Positions 47,742 through 59,460 of a DNA stretch of 64,000 nucleotides are shown one piece after another; the stretch's first letter is position 1; each line of letters begins with the position of its first letter. Position numbers and translations under genes: made by a program. Location of the stretch: the NCBI GenBank assembly GCA_030390025.1, contig CM059431.1, forward strand, positions 103,170,001 to 103,234,000. The letters run 5' to 3'. The notes below the pieces were generated by a model. That model was given only the letters and a program-made list of their open reading frames with translations, did not search any database and was not told where the DNA came from. Source of the DNA: Squalus acanthias (Eukaryota).

Positions 47742-48758
47742 TCACAAGGGTAGTCACTTGTGTGTTCTGTTGTATTGTTTTTTGACAAGCCATCCTTGTA
47801 ATGCGATGATAAACAGATTTGATGGCAAACTGTTGAAGTTGTGGCCTGTGTCATCTCGCAAATGCGACTTCCACATTGAGGGCTTAGGGCGACTTGCAAT
47901 TGTCAGTATGGTGGTCAGAGTGAAAGGAATTCGTAGGTTCTTGTCCATTGTCGATGCTCTGATAAGAAGGTGCGAGGCAAAAGTGTTTGATTGTGCAGGC
48001 TAAGCAAATCTGGCCAACATGAGTGCGTCCCTTGCATCGTGGGCAGCAATGTGGTCGCGCGCTGGCGCCTTCTGACCTATGCAATTTCAGGTGGGTGAGC
48101 AGCAGCTTGGCGCTCCTGTTGTTGCTGCTGCTGTTGGTGCTGCTGTTGTTAATGTTTCTGCTGCTGCCGCGGCTGGTCTTCGTCCGAATCTGATGTCCAG
48201 GTGGGAAGGAAATAAATGATTCTCATATATGCCTCAGTTGAGGAAGCGCTCAGTCAAGGTGGGGAGAGGGGTTTCCCAGGAGGTCACACTGGAGATGGGT
48301 GTCAAGCTCCAAACTTCCACAACAATGAGTATGCCTGCTGAAAGTTCCCCTAGACCTGAGACAACAAAGTTCTGCCACCTACAAATGATCATCGGTGAAA
48401 ACTCCTTTGTAATGGTGGAGCTGCAGCTGTTAGTAAGCAATCCACTTGTGAGGCTGCCAGGATTAACTGGCGTGTTCCAGAGGAGACGTGCAGGATGGGG
48501 GAAATGTGTTAAAATCAGAAAGGCCTCTCAAAATGGGATTATAGAGGCAATTAACTGGTTGTTAAGGGCCTTAAGGGCCTATCCCGCCACTTGGAGGCGG
48601 GATGGAAACGGGGTCTGAAACCCTGATTCTGGGAAAATTGCTCAGAGGCGGGATGGAGGCGGGATCGGAGCCGCCCGCCATTTTTTGCGATTTTAATATC
48701 TCATACACCTCCAATCCCGCCTCCTCAGCCCTGGCAAAATCGAGCCCTATGACTCTTT

Positions 48759-49652
48759 GGGGGAGAAATTCAGTATCGCCCCATTTGGGGCGCAATTATC
48801 GGCCGGGCGCAAAGATTATCGCCTGGCGCTAATTATCGCCACCGACTGCAAACTTGACTTTTATCGCCCCTGGAGGTGATTGCAGCACTAAATCAGGCGC
48901 TTCACACCTGTCTTAAGGCGCAAAGGCCGAGGAGCGAGGCACTACCTCAGAGCGCTGGCGAAGCTCATGTAATGTCAGTCAGCAATGGAGCCCACACACA
49001 ATGGCACGGGCCAGTTCTTAAAGGGGATGGTTAATCTTGCTTTCCATCCACATCCTGCTCATTGCAGCCTTGAATCTCGGCCTGGAGAGACCTGCACATC
49101 AAATCTGCTGGAAAGAACAATGGAGAGTACCAGGCAAAGAGCTCAGAGTGCAGCCCCCAAAGTCTCTTCTAAATCGATACAAGGAATGGCAAATCAAAAT
49201 GAACCTGCAAAGTGCTGCTCAGTACCCAAAACTCCTTCACACAACGTTGAAGCTCTCCAGAAGTCTCTCCCTCTCTCTCTCAGAATACGTAGTTCAAAAA
49301 TGGCACCAACAATAAAAGGCAGGAAGCGGTCACCTTTAAATAGCGCTCCCCCTTTCCCTTCATGACTGCAGAACGCTCCCCTCAACCTGTCGTTGCTAGC
49401 GTCAGGCGGTAAGGCAGGGGGCGCCACTCAATATCCGCTCCGAGGCGATACCGGGGCGTTGCGCACTCGACTGACGTCACGATCTGCCGGTGCAGGAGAT
49501 CGTGGCGGTAGTGTTTAGCGCCGCCGCAAAATGTCTAGTTAATTTCACGAGCAGCGCAAACTTCGCCGCGCCTGGGCGGCAGATGCTTTGCGCCCCATTA
49601 GCGCCCTCTTAAGGCGCTAACGGGAGGCGCAAACCAACTGAATTTTTCCCCC
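48759..49652. mobile_element. Harbinger MITE, sister of 5774-6666
   Basis: TIRs GGGGGAGAAATT / AATTTTTCCCCC, TSD TTT (48756-48758, 49653-49655). Confidence 0.92.
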
Positions 49653-50020
49653 TTTGACTCTATGGGGTAGAAATTAGGTCGCGCCCCATTTGGGGCGCAA
49701 ATATCGTCCGCGCGCAAATATTAGCGCCTGGCGCTAATTATCGGCACTGACAGGAAACTTCACTTTTACCGCCCCGGGAGGTGAGTGGAGCGCTAAATTA
49801 GGCGCTGCACACCTCTCTTAAGGCGCAAAGGCCTAGGAGTGAGGCGCTAACTCAGCGCACGAGCGCAGCGCAGCTGCTGCCAGTTAGCGAGGGAGCACAG
49901 ACACACTGGCGCCGGACACTTCTTAAAGCGGGGGGGGCCACTTGCTCCCCAGCCACACCCTGCTCATTGCAGCCTTGAATCTCAGCCTGGAGAGACCTGT
50001 AATCCATTTTGCTGCCAAGA

Positions 50021-52032
50021 ATGGAGAGGGTGAGAGAACGCGCTCATCGCTTCACCGAGCGGGCCTTGGATGCTCTGGTTGACGCAGTGGAGCGCAGACG
50101 ATGCATGCTGTTCCCAGAGAGTGGCAGGAGGCCTTTGCCACGCGAGTTCAGAAGAGTGTGGAGGGAGGTGGCTCAGAGCGTCTCCTCCAGGAGCATGGTG
50201 CCCAGGACCCATGTCCAGTGCCGCAAGAAGTTCAACGACCTCACTCGGGTCGTCAGGGTGAGTGGCTTTTTCTCAATACCTCTCCATCCCTCCATCTCAA
50301 CCTCACTCTATGGCCAGAGGGTCTTAAAACCCCAATGCACAACACTCATCCAACACCTATGGCCCTTTCATCAAACACACACACACATTCCACACTTTGC
50401 ATACAGTAAGGGCTATTCACCTATGGGAGGCACATCAGGCAAGACCATGGCTGCATATTGTAAGGGCTATTCACCTATGGGAGGCACATCAGGCAAGACC
50501 ATGGCTGCATATTGTAAGGGCTATTCACCTATGGGAGGCACATCAGGCAAGACCATGGCTGCATATTGTAAGGGCTATTCACCTATGGGAGGCACATCAG
50601 GCAAGACCATGGCTGTATATTGACTCAGATGCTGTCCTTTTTCTTGCAGGCTAAGCTGGCTCATAATCGGAGACAGCAGCAACGGACGGGTGGAGGGCGG
50701 CTTCAGCTGCAACCCCTCAGCGATCTGGAGGAGCGCGTCCACAGGATTGTGGCAAGCCGGGTGATCGGTCCCGTCGCCACTGGAGACGCCGACCCCGTTG
50801 TGGACAGCAATGGTAAGGTCATCACCTTTTTGTCCTCTGTCCTTCCACTTGTCCCTCACAATACCAGCCTTTGACACTTTCAATCCAACTTGCTAACTCG
50901 CTGCACTTATTCCTCCCTTACTGCCACCCTGTCCTCACGCTAAAGCCACTCTTGTACCTCCCTGCTTTCAGATGGTGATTCACCAGCTGAGGAGATGGTC
51001 CCTGAAGCTGCCACTGGGAGTGATGCTGCAGCTGAGGAGGAAGCCGGAGCATCAGTGCCACCCTCTCCCGAGGAAGCCCATGGCCACACTGGGAACACGC
51101 CTTCCCCGGAGGGGAGCAGGGGGGAAGGGGCTGATGATGGTGAAGTTCCAGGACCCAGCGGGCTGCAGCAACGCCATGGGGGGGGGAGGGAAGAACGGGG
51201 GAGCAGGGGGGAAGGGGCTGATGATGGTGAAGTTCCAGGACCCAGCGGGCTGCAGCAACGCCATGGGGGGGGGAGGGAAGAACGGGAGCCTTCTCCCCAG
51301 AGGGAGAGTATGCCAGACACTCCTAATGCAATGGACGCAGAGGAGGAGCGGATGATTGCAGAAATGAACAGCCAGGCGGTGGTCATGCACACTGAGCTCA
51401 TGGGTGCAGTGGGAAGGGTGCCCGAATGCATTGAGGCACTGGCAAGGAGTGTGGAGCACTTCGCTGTAGCACAGGCGGATGCCACACTAAAGCTTACTGC
51501 TGCAATTCAGTCACTGGCTGCCAGGAACCTATCTGAGCCTGCTCTCATGCAGACTCAGATTGAGGCCACGCGAGCACTGACTGCTGCCATCCTCGATGGT
51601 TCGTGCACATGTCCCCGGGGCTGTCACCGCGCCGCAGCAGGCCAGCAATCTGTTCTCAGGCAAATTGCTCCGGATGCTGAAGTGCTGCCCCGTGGGAGTG
51701 CCAGTGTGTCGGGCGAGCAGGGAGTTGCTGTCCTCTCTCACGATGACAGCATTCCTGCTGCCAACACTGTCACTTCTCCACTGCACTTGCCACCGCCTGT
51801 AGGACAGACTGCTGCCGCCCATGCAGAGTTGGTGCAGTCTGCAGCCGGGCCCTCCAGGCCCAGAAGTGGTCGAGGCCGGCCTTCAGGGGCATCTGCAGTG
51901 TCAGGGTCTGACAAGCAGCAGCCTTCCACCAGCCTTGCTGCAGCCACTGAGGTCCCATTACGGAGGAGCAGTAGGGTTAGAAGGGGGGAAGTGCGCAAGG
52001 GAAGGAGATCACCCTCGAAGGGCAAAAAGTAG
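50021..52032 (+). CDS. Harbinger Myb/SANT-like protein, 3 exons (50021-50257, 50650-50812, 50972-52032), 486 aa
   Basis: GTGAGT/GCAG and GTAAGG/TCAG introns; joined 237+163+1061 nt open frame. Confidence 0.87.
50400..50617. repeat. 54-bp tandem repeat x4 in intron 1
   Basis: Same unit as 26860-27022, one extra copy. Confidence 0.95.
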
Positions 52033-52326
52033 GATGTGTGCCAAAATGCTGGTCATTTTTTTATTAAAGGCCGAGGTTCATGGCCCAACTTTTGTTTAGT
52101 GTTTTGGACATTATCTCCAGGTTGTGAGAACCAGTTATGTTATTGACTGTTTTTTGGTGTTTATTTCTATGAGTTTCTCATGAGGAATTGACACACACAG
52201 AGTTTGTACAATAAATAAGTTTCTGTATTCAAAATATACATGGCTGGTGGTTGGAATTATTGGTGCCTTGGCCGGCTTAGGGGTTGCGTGCTGGGTTGAT
52301 TCGTGTTTGTAGCACTGGCAGGGGTC

Positions 52327-53487
52327 CTAGAAGCGGCTTGCTATTAGTCGTTGACGGACGGCCCTTGCAGTTTGACCATTGTGGGCCGCCCTCCTGCCTT
52401 GGTGCTGCTGCTGATCATCGTCCTCGGCCTGTTCCTCCTCTTCCTCCTCCTCCTCTTGTGGTGCTGCAAGGCCTGGTGGCATTGGCTGCGTCCTGAGGAT
52501 TGCCATGTTGTGCAACATGCAGCACACCACTACGAATTTGGAAACTTGCTCAGGCGAGTACTGCAGGGCTCCTCCGGAATGGTCCAGACAGCGGAATCGT
52601 TGTTTGAGCACGCCGATTGTGCGCTCAATAATGTTCCTCGTTGCTTGTTGGCTTTCCTGGTACCGCAGCTCAGCAGGGGTGTTTGGCGCACGGAGCGGTG
52701 TCATCAGCCAGGTGCTCAATGCGTACCCCTTGTCCCCCAGAAGCCAACCAACTGGCTGATGCGGTGCCTCGAAAATTTCTGCCACAGTACTCTGGCGCAG
52801 GATGAAAGCATCGTGGCAGCTGCCCGGATAGTGGGCATTGACAGCGAGAATCACCTGTCTGTGGTCACAGACCAACTGCACATTCAAGGAATGGAACCCC
52901 TTTCTGTTCCGGAACTCCTCTGCATTCTCTCGCGGAGCACGCAAAGCCACATGCGTGCAGTCAATGGCGCCCTGCACCATGGGGAAGCCCGCTACCCTCG
53001 CAAAGCCCATAGCACGGTCATGCTGCTTGTCTGGGGTCATAGGGAAGGAGATGAAGTCTCGTCTCCTTGTGAAGAGGGCATTGGTGACCTGCCGGATGCA
53101 GCGATGCACCGCAAACTGGGAGATATTGGCGAGGTCCCCAACAGCAGCTTGGAATGAGCCAGTGGCGTAGAAGTTCAAGGCCACTGTGACCTTCACTGCC
53201 ACCGACAGAGACGTCCTGGACCTCAGCTGAGGCTGCAGATCTGGCTGCAGCAGGTGGCAGAGCTCAGTGACCACCTCCTTGCTGAATCGCAGCCTTCGCA
53301 AACACAGCTCCTCGGACATGTGGATGTAGGAGAGCTGTTCACGATATACCCTGGGAGGGTAAGCTCTCCTGTACATGCGCCTGATGGGCCTCCTCCGTCT
53401 GGCCATCATTGCCACTCTCTGTCTGCGTCTCACTCTGCTCCGATTGAGCTGGAGCAGGACGACGCCCCCAATCATTGCAGCCCCCAT
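52327..53487 (-). CDS. Harbinger DDE transposase, 386 aa, intact
   Basis: GAIDCTH, LLGDKGY, NIIERTIG, CCMLHN all present. Confidence 0.94.
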   Translation of the reverse strand: MGAAMIGGVVLLQLNRSRVRRRQRVAMMARRRRPIRRMYRRAYPPRVYREQLSYIHMSEELCLRRLRFSKEVVTELCHLLQPDLQPQLRSRTSLSVAVKVTVALNFYATGSFQAAVGDLANISQFAVHRCIRQVTNALFTRRRDFISFPMTPDKQHDRAMGFARVAGFPMVQGAIDCTHVALRAPRENAEEFRNRKGFHSLNVQLVCDHRQVILAVNAHYPGSCHDAFILRQSTVAEIFEAPHQPVGWLLGDKGYALSTWLMTPLRAPNTPAELRYQESQQATRNIIERTIGVLKQRFRCLDHSGGALQYSPEQVSKFVVVCCMLHNMAILRTQPMPPGLAAPQEEEEEEEEQAEDDDQQQHQGRRAAHNGQTARAVRQRLIASRF

Positions 53488-53974
53488 CTTCTCTTTGCCA
53501 GAAAAGTAATGAGGTACAGCAACGAAAGTAGCAGCAAAGTTAGGATGAACTAGGCAAAACTACCTCACAAAGCTATAACTTGAGGATTTCCACGTTTAAC
53601 TGCGCATGCGCTGACTCCAGAAGTTGCGGTCAGTTTCAGAGGGGTGATGACAGAGAACGCTGGCAGTTTCGCCGTCATTACCGCTGCAAAATCCGAGCCA
53701 ATAGGTGAAAAAGAGCATGTTCAACCAAGGAGCACACTGCTTATAATTTATACTTTCTGTCACTGGTGGTCGTTCGAATATCAAACTTGAAGAAACAAAT
53801 ATTATTTTTGCCCTGTTCTCTGAAAGTAAATGATCTATCTGCCTTGGGGGTGAGGGAATGAGTGGGGGGGGGGGGAGGCGATGGGATGGGGGTTGTGGGC
53901 GAGGTAGGTGGGGTCTCTTTGGCATTAGGTTAGCTCCAAGATGACACAACTGGCAACGGAAGAGTGCAAGTGAG

Positions 53975-54432
53975 TGAGTGCCTGGATGAGTGCAGCTCCA
54001 ACAACACTCAAGAAGCTCGACACCATCCAGGACAAAGCAGCCCGCTTGATTGGCACCCCATCCACCACCTTAAACATTCACTCCCTCCACCACTGGCGTA
54101 CCGTGGCTGCAGTGTGTACCATCTACAAGATGCACTGCAGCAACTCGCCAAGGCTTCTTCAGCAGCACCTCCCAAACCCGCGACCTCTTCCACCTAGAAG
54201 GACAAGGGCAGCAGGCGCATGGGAACACCACCACCTCCAAGTTCCCCTCCAAGTCACACACCATCCAGACAAATATATCGGCCGTTCCTTCATCATCACT
54301 GGGTCAAAATCCTGGAACTCCCTCCCTAACAGCACTGTGGGAGCAACTTCACCACACGGACTGCAGCGGTTCAAGTAGGCGGCTGACCACCACCTTCTCA
54401 AGGGCAATTAGGGATGGGCAATAAATGCTGGC
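53975..54432 (+). mobile_element. LINE 3' fragment, same family as 39868-40860
   Basis: WMSAAPTTLKKLDTIQDKAARLIG..SWNSLP. Confidence 0.85.
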
Positions 54433-54629
54433 CACGCGATCATCAGTGGCAGACTCGGAATTCTGATACTTCAGTCAGCCAGGCCTGTGGTGTTGTCTTA
54501 ACTTTAATGACAAGGATTGGGGGGGATGTTGGTTCAATAAAGTAGGACCTCCTGTTGAGAGCCCTGTTGCCCCTCCTCCCTCTGGCTACATTTTGCAATC
54601 TTTCTCTCTGCCTCTGCTACTTGAGCACA

Positions 54630-55007
54630 TTCCATGCAGTGCTGAGGAAGTGCTGTACTGTCGGAGGTGCTGTCTTTCGGATGAGACGTTAAACCGAGGC
54701 CCCGTCTGCCCTCACAGGTGGACGTAAAGATCCCATGGCCACTATTTCGAAGAAGAGCAGGGGAATTATCCCCAGTGTCCTGGCAAATATTTTTCCCTCA
54801 ACCAACATAACAAAAACAGATTATCTGGTCATTATCACATTGCTGTTTGTGGGACCTTGCTGTGCGCAAATTGGCTGCCGCGTTTCCCACATTACAACAG
54901 TGACTCCACTTCAAAGGTACTTCATTGGCTGTAACGCGCTTTGAGACGTCCGGTGGTCGTGAAAGGCGCTATATAAATGCAAGTCTTTCTTTCTTTCTTT
55001 CTTTCTC
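54630..55007 (+). mobile_element. Deu-domain SINE, 5' truncated
   Basis: Deu domain and (TTTC)n tail. Confidence 0.85.
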
Positions 55008-55009
55008 CG

Positions 55010-55440
55010 ACGTTGACGCTGGAGGGTGAGGTCCAGTGCCAGTACAGCCCCCAGTAAAGTATGGAAATGTTGCACTTGGAAATCTCACCTAACTGAAACT
55101 GAATAATATTTCTGAGCCAGAAGACTCCTTCAAGTGGAAAACGCTGAAGTCGCTGAAAACGCCTGTTTGCCTATGTCAAACTGACAAGGCAACATTCTTT
55201 GGCGACTAAATATAAACCGGATGTTGACGCCTTTATATAGCGCTGCTCCAGCGCTCATCCGACTGCAAACCGCCTCCTCTACCTGTCGGTGCTAACGGCA
55301 GGCGCTCAGGCAGGGGGCGAGGGTGAATTCCCGAGTCGGGGCGCTGCGCAGCCGGATGATGTCACGATCTCCGGGCGCAGGGTTAGCGCCGCCGCCGCAA
55401 GCCTCCACCTCGATTTTGCTGGCGTCGGTACTATCGCCGA
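55010..55440 (-). mobile_element. Fragment of Harbinger family C (promoter plus transposase start)
   Basis: Reverse complement of about 56440-56888. Confidence 0.85.
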
Positions 55441-56353
55441 TATCAGGAGTTGAAAAGAAGACGGCGATCAGTGATCCTCAAAGCTCATCAGCTGGTTTCC
55501 GTGCCCTGGGCCTTGCTGTGCTGCCGAAAACCGAGCTGAATAATGGAAACTACAAACGCCAGCGGGCCAAGTTATTAAAGTGCCTGCAACGTTCTTCAAT
55601 GAAGGGCCCGGCCAGAAATGGGCCCGATTTTAACTGCACCAGCTCGGTGGAAACCTGGGTGGAGGGGAGCAGATAAAATAACGGCAGTCAGTTACCCCTT
55701 CCGATCCCGTTGCCTGTCCGCCGTGTCCCGTTATTAACCTGCTCCTTTGAGCAGGCGAGCGGGACACCCGCAGGAAGGAAGCGGAGGTCCTACTTTAAAC
55801 ATGGCGATAGCGTCCGATGATATAATCAGGACCCATAATCTGGAGATTCAAGCGGAGCCCTGAGCAGGATGGAGGGGGGGGTGGAATTGGCGGGGGGGGG
55901 CGGAGGTGGGGGGACAGTTACGGCTCCCCCAGTCAGGACAAACCTGCCGGGAGCCGGATCCTGGGCCAGGAGAGGTCCCAGATGGCCCCGTTGCCCTTGC
56001 CGCACCATCACCAGCTCGCACTGCCAGCGAGTTACGGAGCAAACATTCTTAGAGCCGAAGGGCCAGGGAAAAAGCCTAACTCCCGGGGGGCGAGATGTCC
56101 CACTCCAGCAAGATCTGGGCCAATGTGTTTGAAACATCCGCGAAACTGACAGACCAGGCAGGTTGCCTGTGAAAAGCCCTGAAGAATGGTGTCCATTAGC
56201 AGAGAGAAGGAAGCAGTCATTCAAAGACGCGAAGCCAACATCATTGCAGCAAGCTTAACAGTTGCTATGAGCGCAACTTCCAGACCGTACCATACTTCTA
56301 CCGCAAGTGATTGGCAGACAGCGGGGAGGAGGGAGGAATTTAGCCGCAACTTA

Positions 56354-58975
56354 GGGGGAGAAATTCGGTACCTCAGCGCCTCCCGTTAGCGCCTCCGGGG
56401 ACGCGATAACGGGGGCGCTACCGGCTTTGCGACCGGGCGGGGCGATAGTAACCGGCGCCCGCGAAATTGAGGTGGAGGTTTGCGGCGGCGGTAACCACGA
56501 GCGCCACGCTCTCCTGCGCCCGGAGATCGTGACGTCATCCGGCTGCGCAGCGCCCCGGCTCAGAAATTCACCCTTGCCCCCCCTGCCCGAGCACCTGCCG
56601 TTAGCAACGACAGGTAGAGGAGGCGGATCGCAGTCGGATGCGCGCTGGAGGAGCGCTATATAAAGGCGTCAACGTCCGGTTTATTTTTAGTCGGCAAAGA
56701 ATGCTGCCTTGTCAGTTTGACATAGGCAAACAGGAGGTGTGAGCGATTTCAGCGTTTTTCACTTGAAGGAGTCTTCTGGCTCAGAAAAATTATTCAGTTT
56801 CAGTTAGGTGAGATTTGAAAGTGCAACATTTCCATACTTTAATGGGGGCTGTACTGGCACTGGACCTCGCCCTCCAGCATCAACGTCAGAGGCAGCGGAG
56901 GGAAAGAGAGAGATTGCAAAATGTGGCCAGAGGGAGGAGGGCCAACAGGGCTCTCAACAGGAGGCCTTACCCTCCCAGGGTATTCCGGCAGCATTTCTCC
57001 TACATCAATTTCACTGAGGAACAGTGTGTTAGAAGGCTCCGCTTCACCAAGGAAGTGGTCAGAGAGCTCTGCCACTTCCTGCAGCCAGACCTCGAGCCTC
57101 ACATCAGGAGCACCAGGGCTCTCTCAGTGGCAGCCAAGGTCACCGGCGCCCTCAATTTCTACGCCAGTGTGCAACAGGAGACATAGCTAACATCTCGCAG
57201 TTCACCCTCCATTGCTGCATCCGCGAGGTCACAGATGCTCTTTACAGTAGGAGAAGGGACTACATTTCCTTCCCTAAGACCAGAGAGAAGTAGCGCGAGC
57301 GTGCATGTGGCTTTGCCAGGATAGCGGGCTTCCCCATGGTGCAGGGCGCCATTGACTGCACCCACGTCGCTTTGTGGGCACCGCATAACAATCCTGAGAT
57401 ATTCCGTAACCGCAAAGGCTACCACTCACTTAATGTGCAGTTGGTGTGCGACCACACACAGCGAATCCTCACCGTCAATGCCCGCTATCCTGGCAGCAGC
57501 CACGATGCCTTCATCCTGTGCCAGACCGGTGTGCCAGCTCTGTTCCAGCCACCACGTCAAGCTCACGGTTGGCTGCTGGGAGACAAGGGCTATCCGCTCT
57601 CCACCTGGCTCATGACTCCCCTCTGCAACCCCAGCACTCGTGCCCAGCACTCATACATTGAGAGCCATGCTGCCACCAGGAACATCATTGAGCAGACCAT
57701 CGGAGTGCTCAAGCAACGTCTCCACTGCCTTGACCACTCGGGAGGAGCCCTCCAGTACTCGGCTGAGTGGGTGTCCCTTTTAGTCGTCGTCTGCTGCATG
57801 TTGCACAACCTGGCCATCATGAGGGCGCAGCCATTGCCACCAGGCATAGCCGCACCACCTCAGGAGGTCGAAGACGAGGAGGTCGAGGACGAGGAGGAGG
57901 AGGACGAGGAGGAGGATGAGGAGGAGGAGGATGAGGAGGAGGAGGACAAGGAGGAGGAGGAGGATGAGGAGGAGGAGGAGCACGAACAGCAGCGACGGAG
58001 GAGCCAGCCACTCCATCGGCCTTGTGGAAGGGCGGTCCGTGACCGCCTCATCAGGCTTCAGTTCCAATGAATTCGAGGCCATTTCCCAGTTGCCCAGCCC
58101 GTCCCCATCATTTCATCAATTTCTCATTCCATGCCACGCCCCAAAGCTGAAATGAGACACATCACCATTTCTGCAACATTCCAAAAATAAATTTATCCAA
58201 ATTCAGTAACCATATATATACAGCAACAATATTAACTAATCACCCTTGTGCAAACTCCTACTTGCCCTCTTTACAGTGTCTTTCCCTAATCTACTGCTCC
58301 TATGTAGTGTCTTCCCAGTGGCTGCAGCAGGGCTGGTGGAAGGCTGCTGAGTGTCCGTGCCAGAGACTGCAGATGGCCTTGAAGGACGCCCTCGACCAGC
58401 TCTGGGCCTGGAGCTGGGCTGTAGACTGCACTACCTCAGGCTGGGCGGCGGCAGTCTGGGCTGGCTGGATGACAGGCAGCGACAAGGACAATGGCTGAGT
58501 GGCAGTGGTGGGATCAGGAATGCTGTCACCCTGAGAGAAGACAGCAGGTTCCTGCTCCACTGACCCACTGCCACTCCCCCGGGGCAGCACCTCAGCATCC
58601 CTATCAATCTGCTGGAGCACAGATTGCTGGCCTGTTGCGACCCCATGAGATCCCCGGAGGACTGTGGTAGACCCAGCGACGATGGCAGCAGTCAGAGCTT
58701 GCGTCGCATTAAGCTGAGACTGCATGAGAGCCGTCTGAGACTCGATGGCACCAAGCATAGACTGCATTACAGCACTAAGACGTTGCGTCGCTTCCGCCTG
58801 TGCTGCAATGGAAGCTGCCACATCGCCCATGACACGCGGCATGAGGTCTGGATCCACACGGTCTCTCTGGGAGTCCACCATTCTCTACAGAGTGGAAATG
58901 ATGGGCTCCATGATGTGCGCAGAGCCTTGTGCAATGTTGGAGGCGGACTCCTCCACGCTCCTTCAGTGCAGCTTG
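56354..58975 (+). mobile_element. Harbinger element C, truncated in the Myb/SANT gene
   Basis: TTA-GGGGGAGAAATT TIR; TGACGTCA 56530, TATATAAA 56657; transposase on +, accessory gene 3' part on - (about 58240-58975). Confidence 0.88.
56842..58070 (+). pseudogene. Harbinger transposase pseudogene
   Basis: MGAVLAL..RRLRFTKEVV; deletion/frameshift at about 57167-57186, TAG at about 57291; DDE core 57336-58070; expanded acidic (GAG)n tract. Confidence 0.88.
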
Positions 58976-59065
58976 TATTTGTGTAATAATACAAAATAAT
59001 GCACGTACGGCACTTCCTCAAATCAGCTGGTCATCTTGTTTGACTTAAATAACTTCTGATCTCCA

Positions 59066-59460
59066 TCAACAATAACAACTTGCATTTATATAATGCTTTT
59101 AAAATGTCCCAAGGAGCTTCAGAGGAGTGTAATCAAACAAAGTTTGACACCGAGCCACATAAGGAGATATTCGGGCAGGTGAGCAAAAGCTGGGTCAAAG
59201 AGGTGGGTTTTAAGGAGCGTCAAAGGAGGAGAGAGAGGCGGAGAGACGGAGAGGGTTAGGGAGGGAATTCCAGAGCTCAGGGCCAAGACGACTGAAGGCA
59301 CGGCCACCAATGGTGGAGCGATGAAAATCGGGGATGGGCAAGAGGCCAGAATTGGAGGAGCGCAGAGATCTCGGAGGGTTGTAGGGCTGGAGGAGGATAC
59401 AGAGATAGGGCGGGCCGAGGCCCTCGAGGGATTTGAAAACAAGGATGAGAATTTTAAAAT
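59066..59460 (-). mobile_element. L2 LINE 3' fragment
   Basis: Homologous to 9553-9901. Confidence 0.85.

Larger units (their letters stand above)
43889..48747 (+). mobile_element. Harbinger element D (different TIR family), transposase core deleted
   Basis: TIRs GGGCTGGATTTTGCC / GGCAAAATCGAGCCC; flanks TGT/TAT; Myb/SANT gene on +; only the transposase C-terminus (..ARDALMLARFA*) is recognisable on - near 48000-48180. Confidence 0.88.
49664..53573 (-). mobile_element. Harbinger element B (sister of A, inverted), transposase-side end missing
   Basis: TIR GGGGTAGAAATT at 49664; collinear with A until about 53573 (..CTACCTCACAAAGC), then unrelated sequence. Confidence 0.92.

Noticed and set aside
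50400..50617. CRISPR-like array
   Set aside because: Head-to-tail 54-bp units with no unique spacers, eukaryotic context, no cas genes
55620..56347. Further Harbinger-like MITEs (also about 4980-5124, 30078-30403, 59647-59810)
   Set aside because: TIR-like starts are visible but partner TIRs or TSDs are too degraded to define; not listed as features
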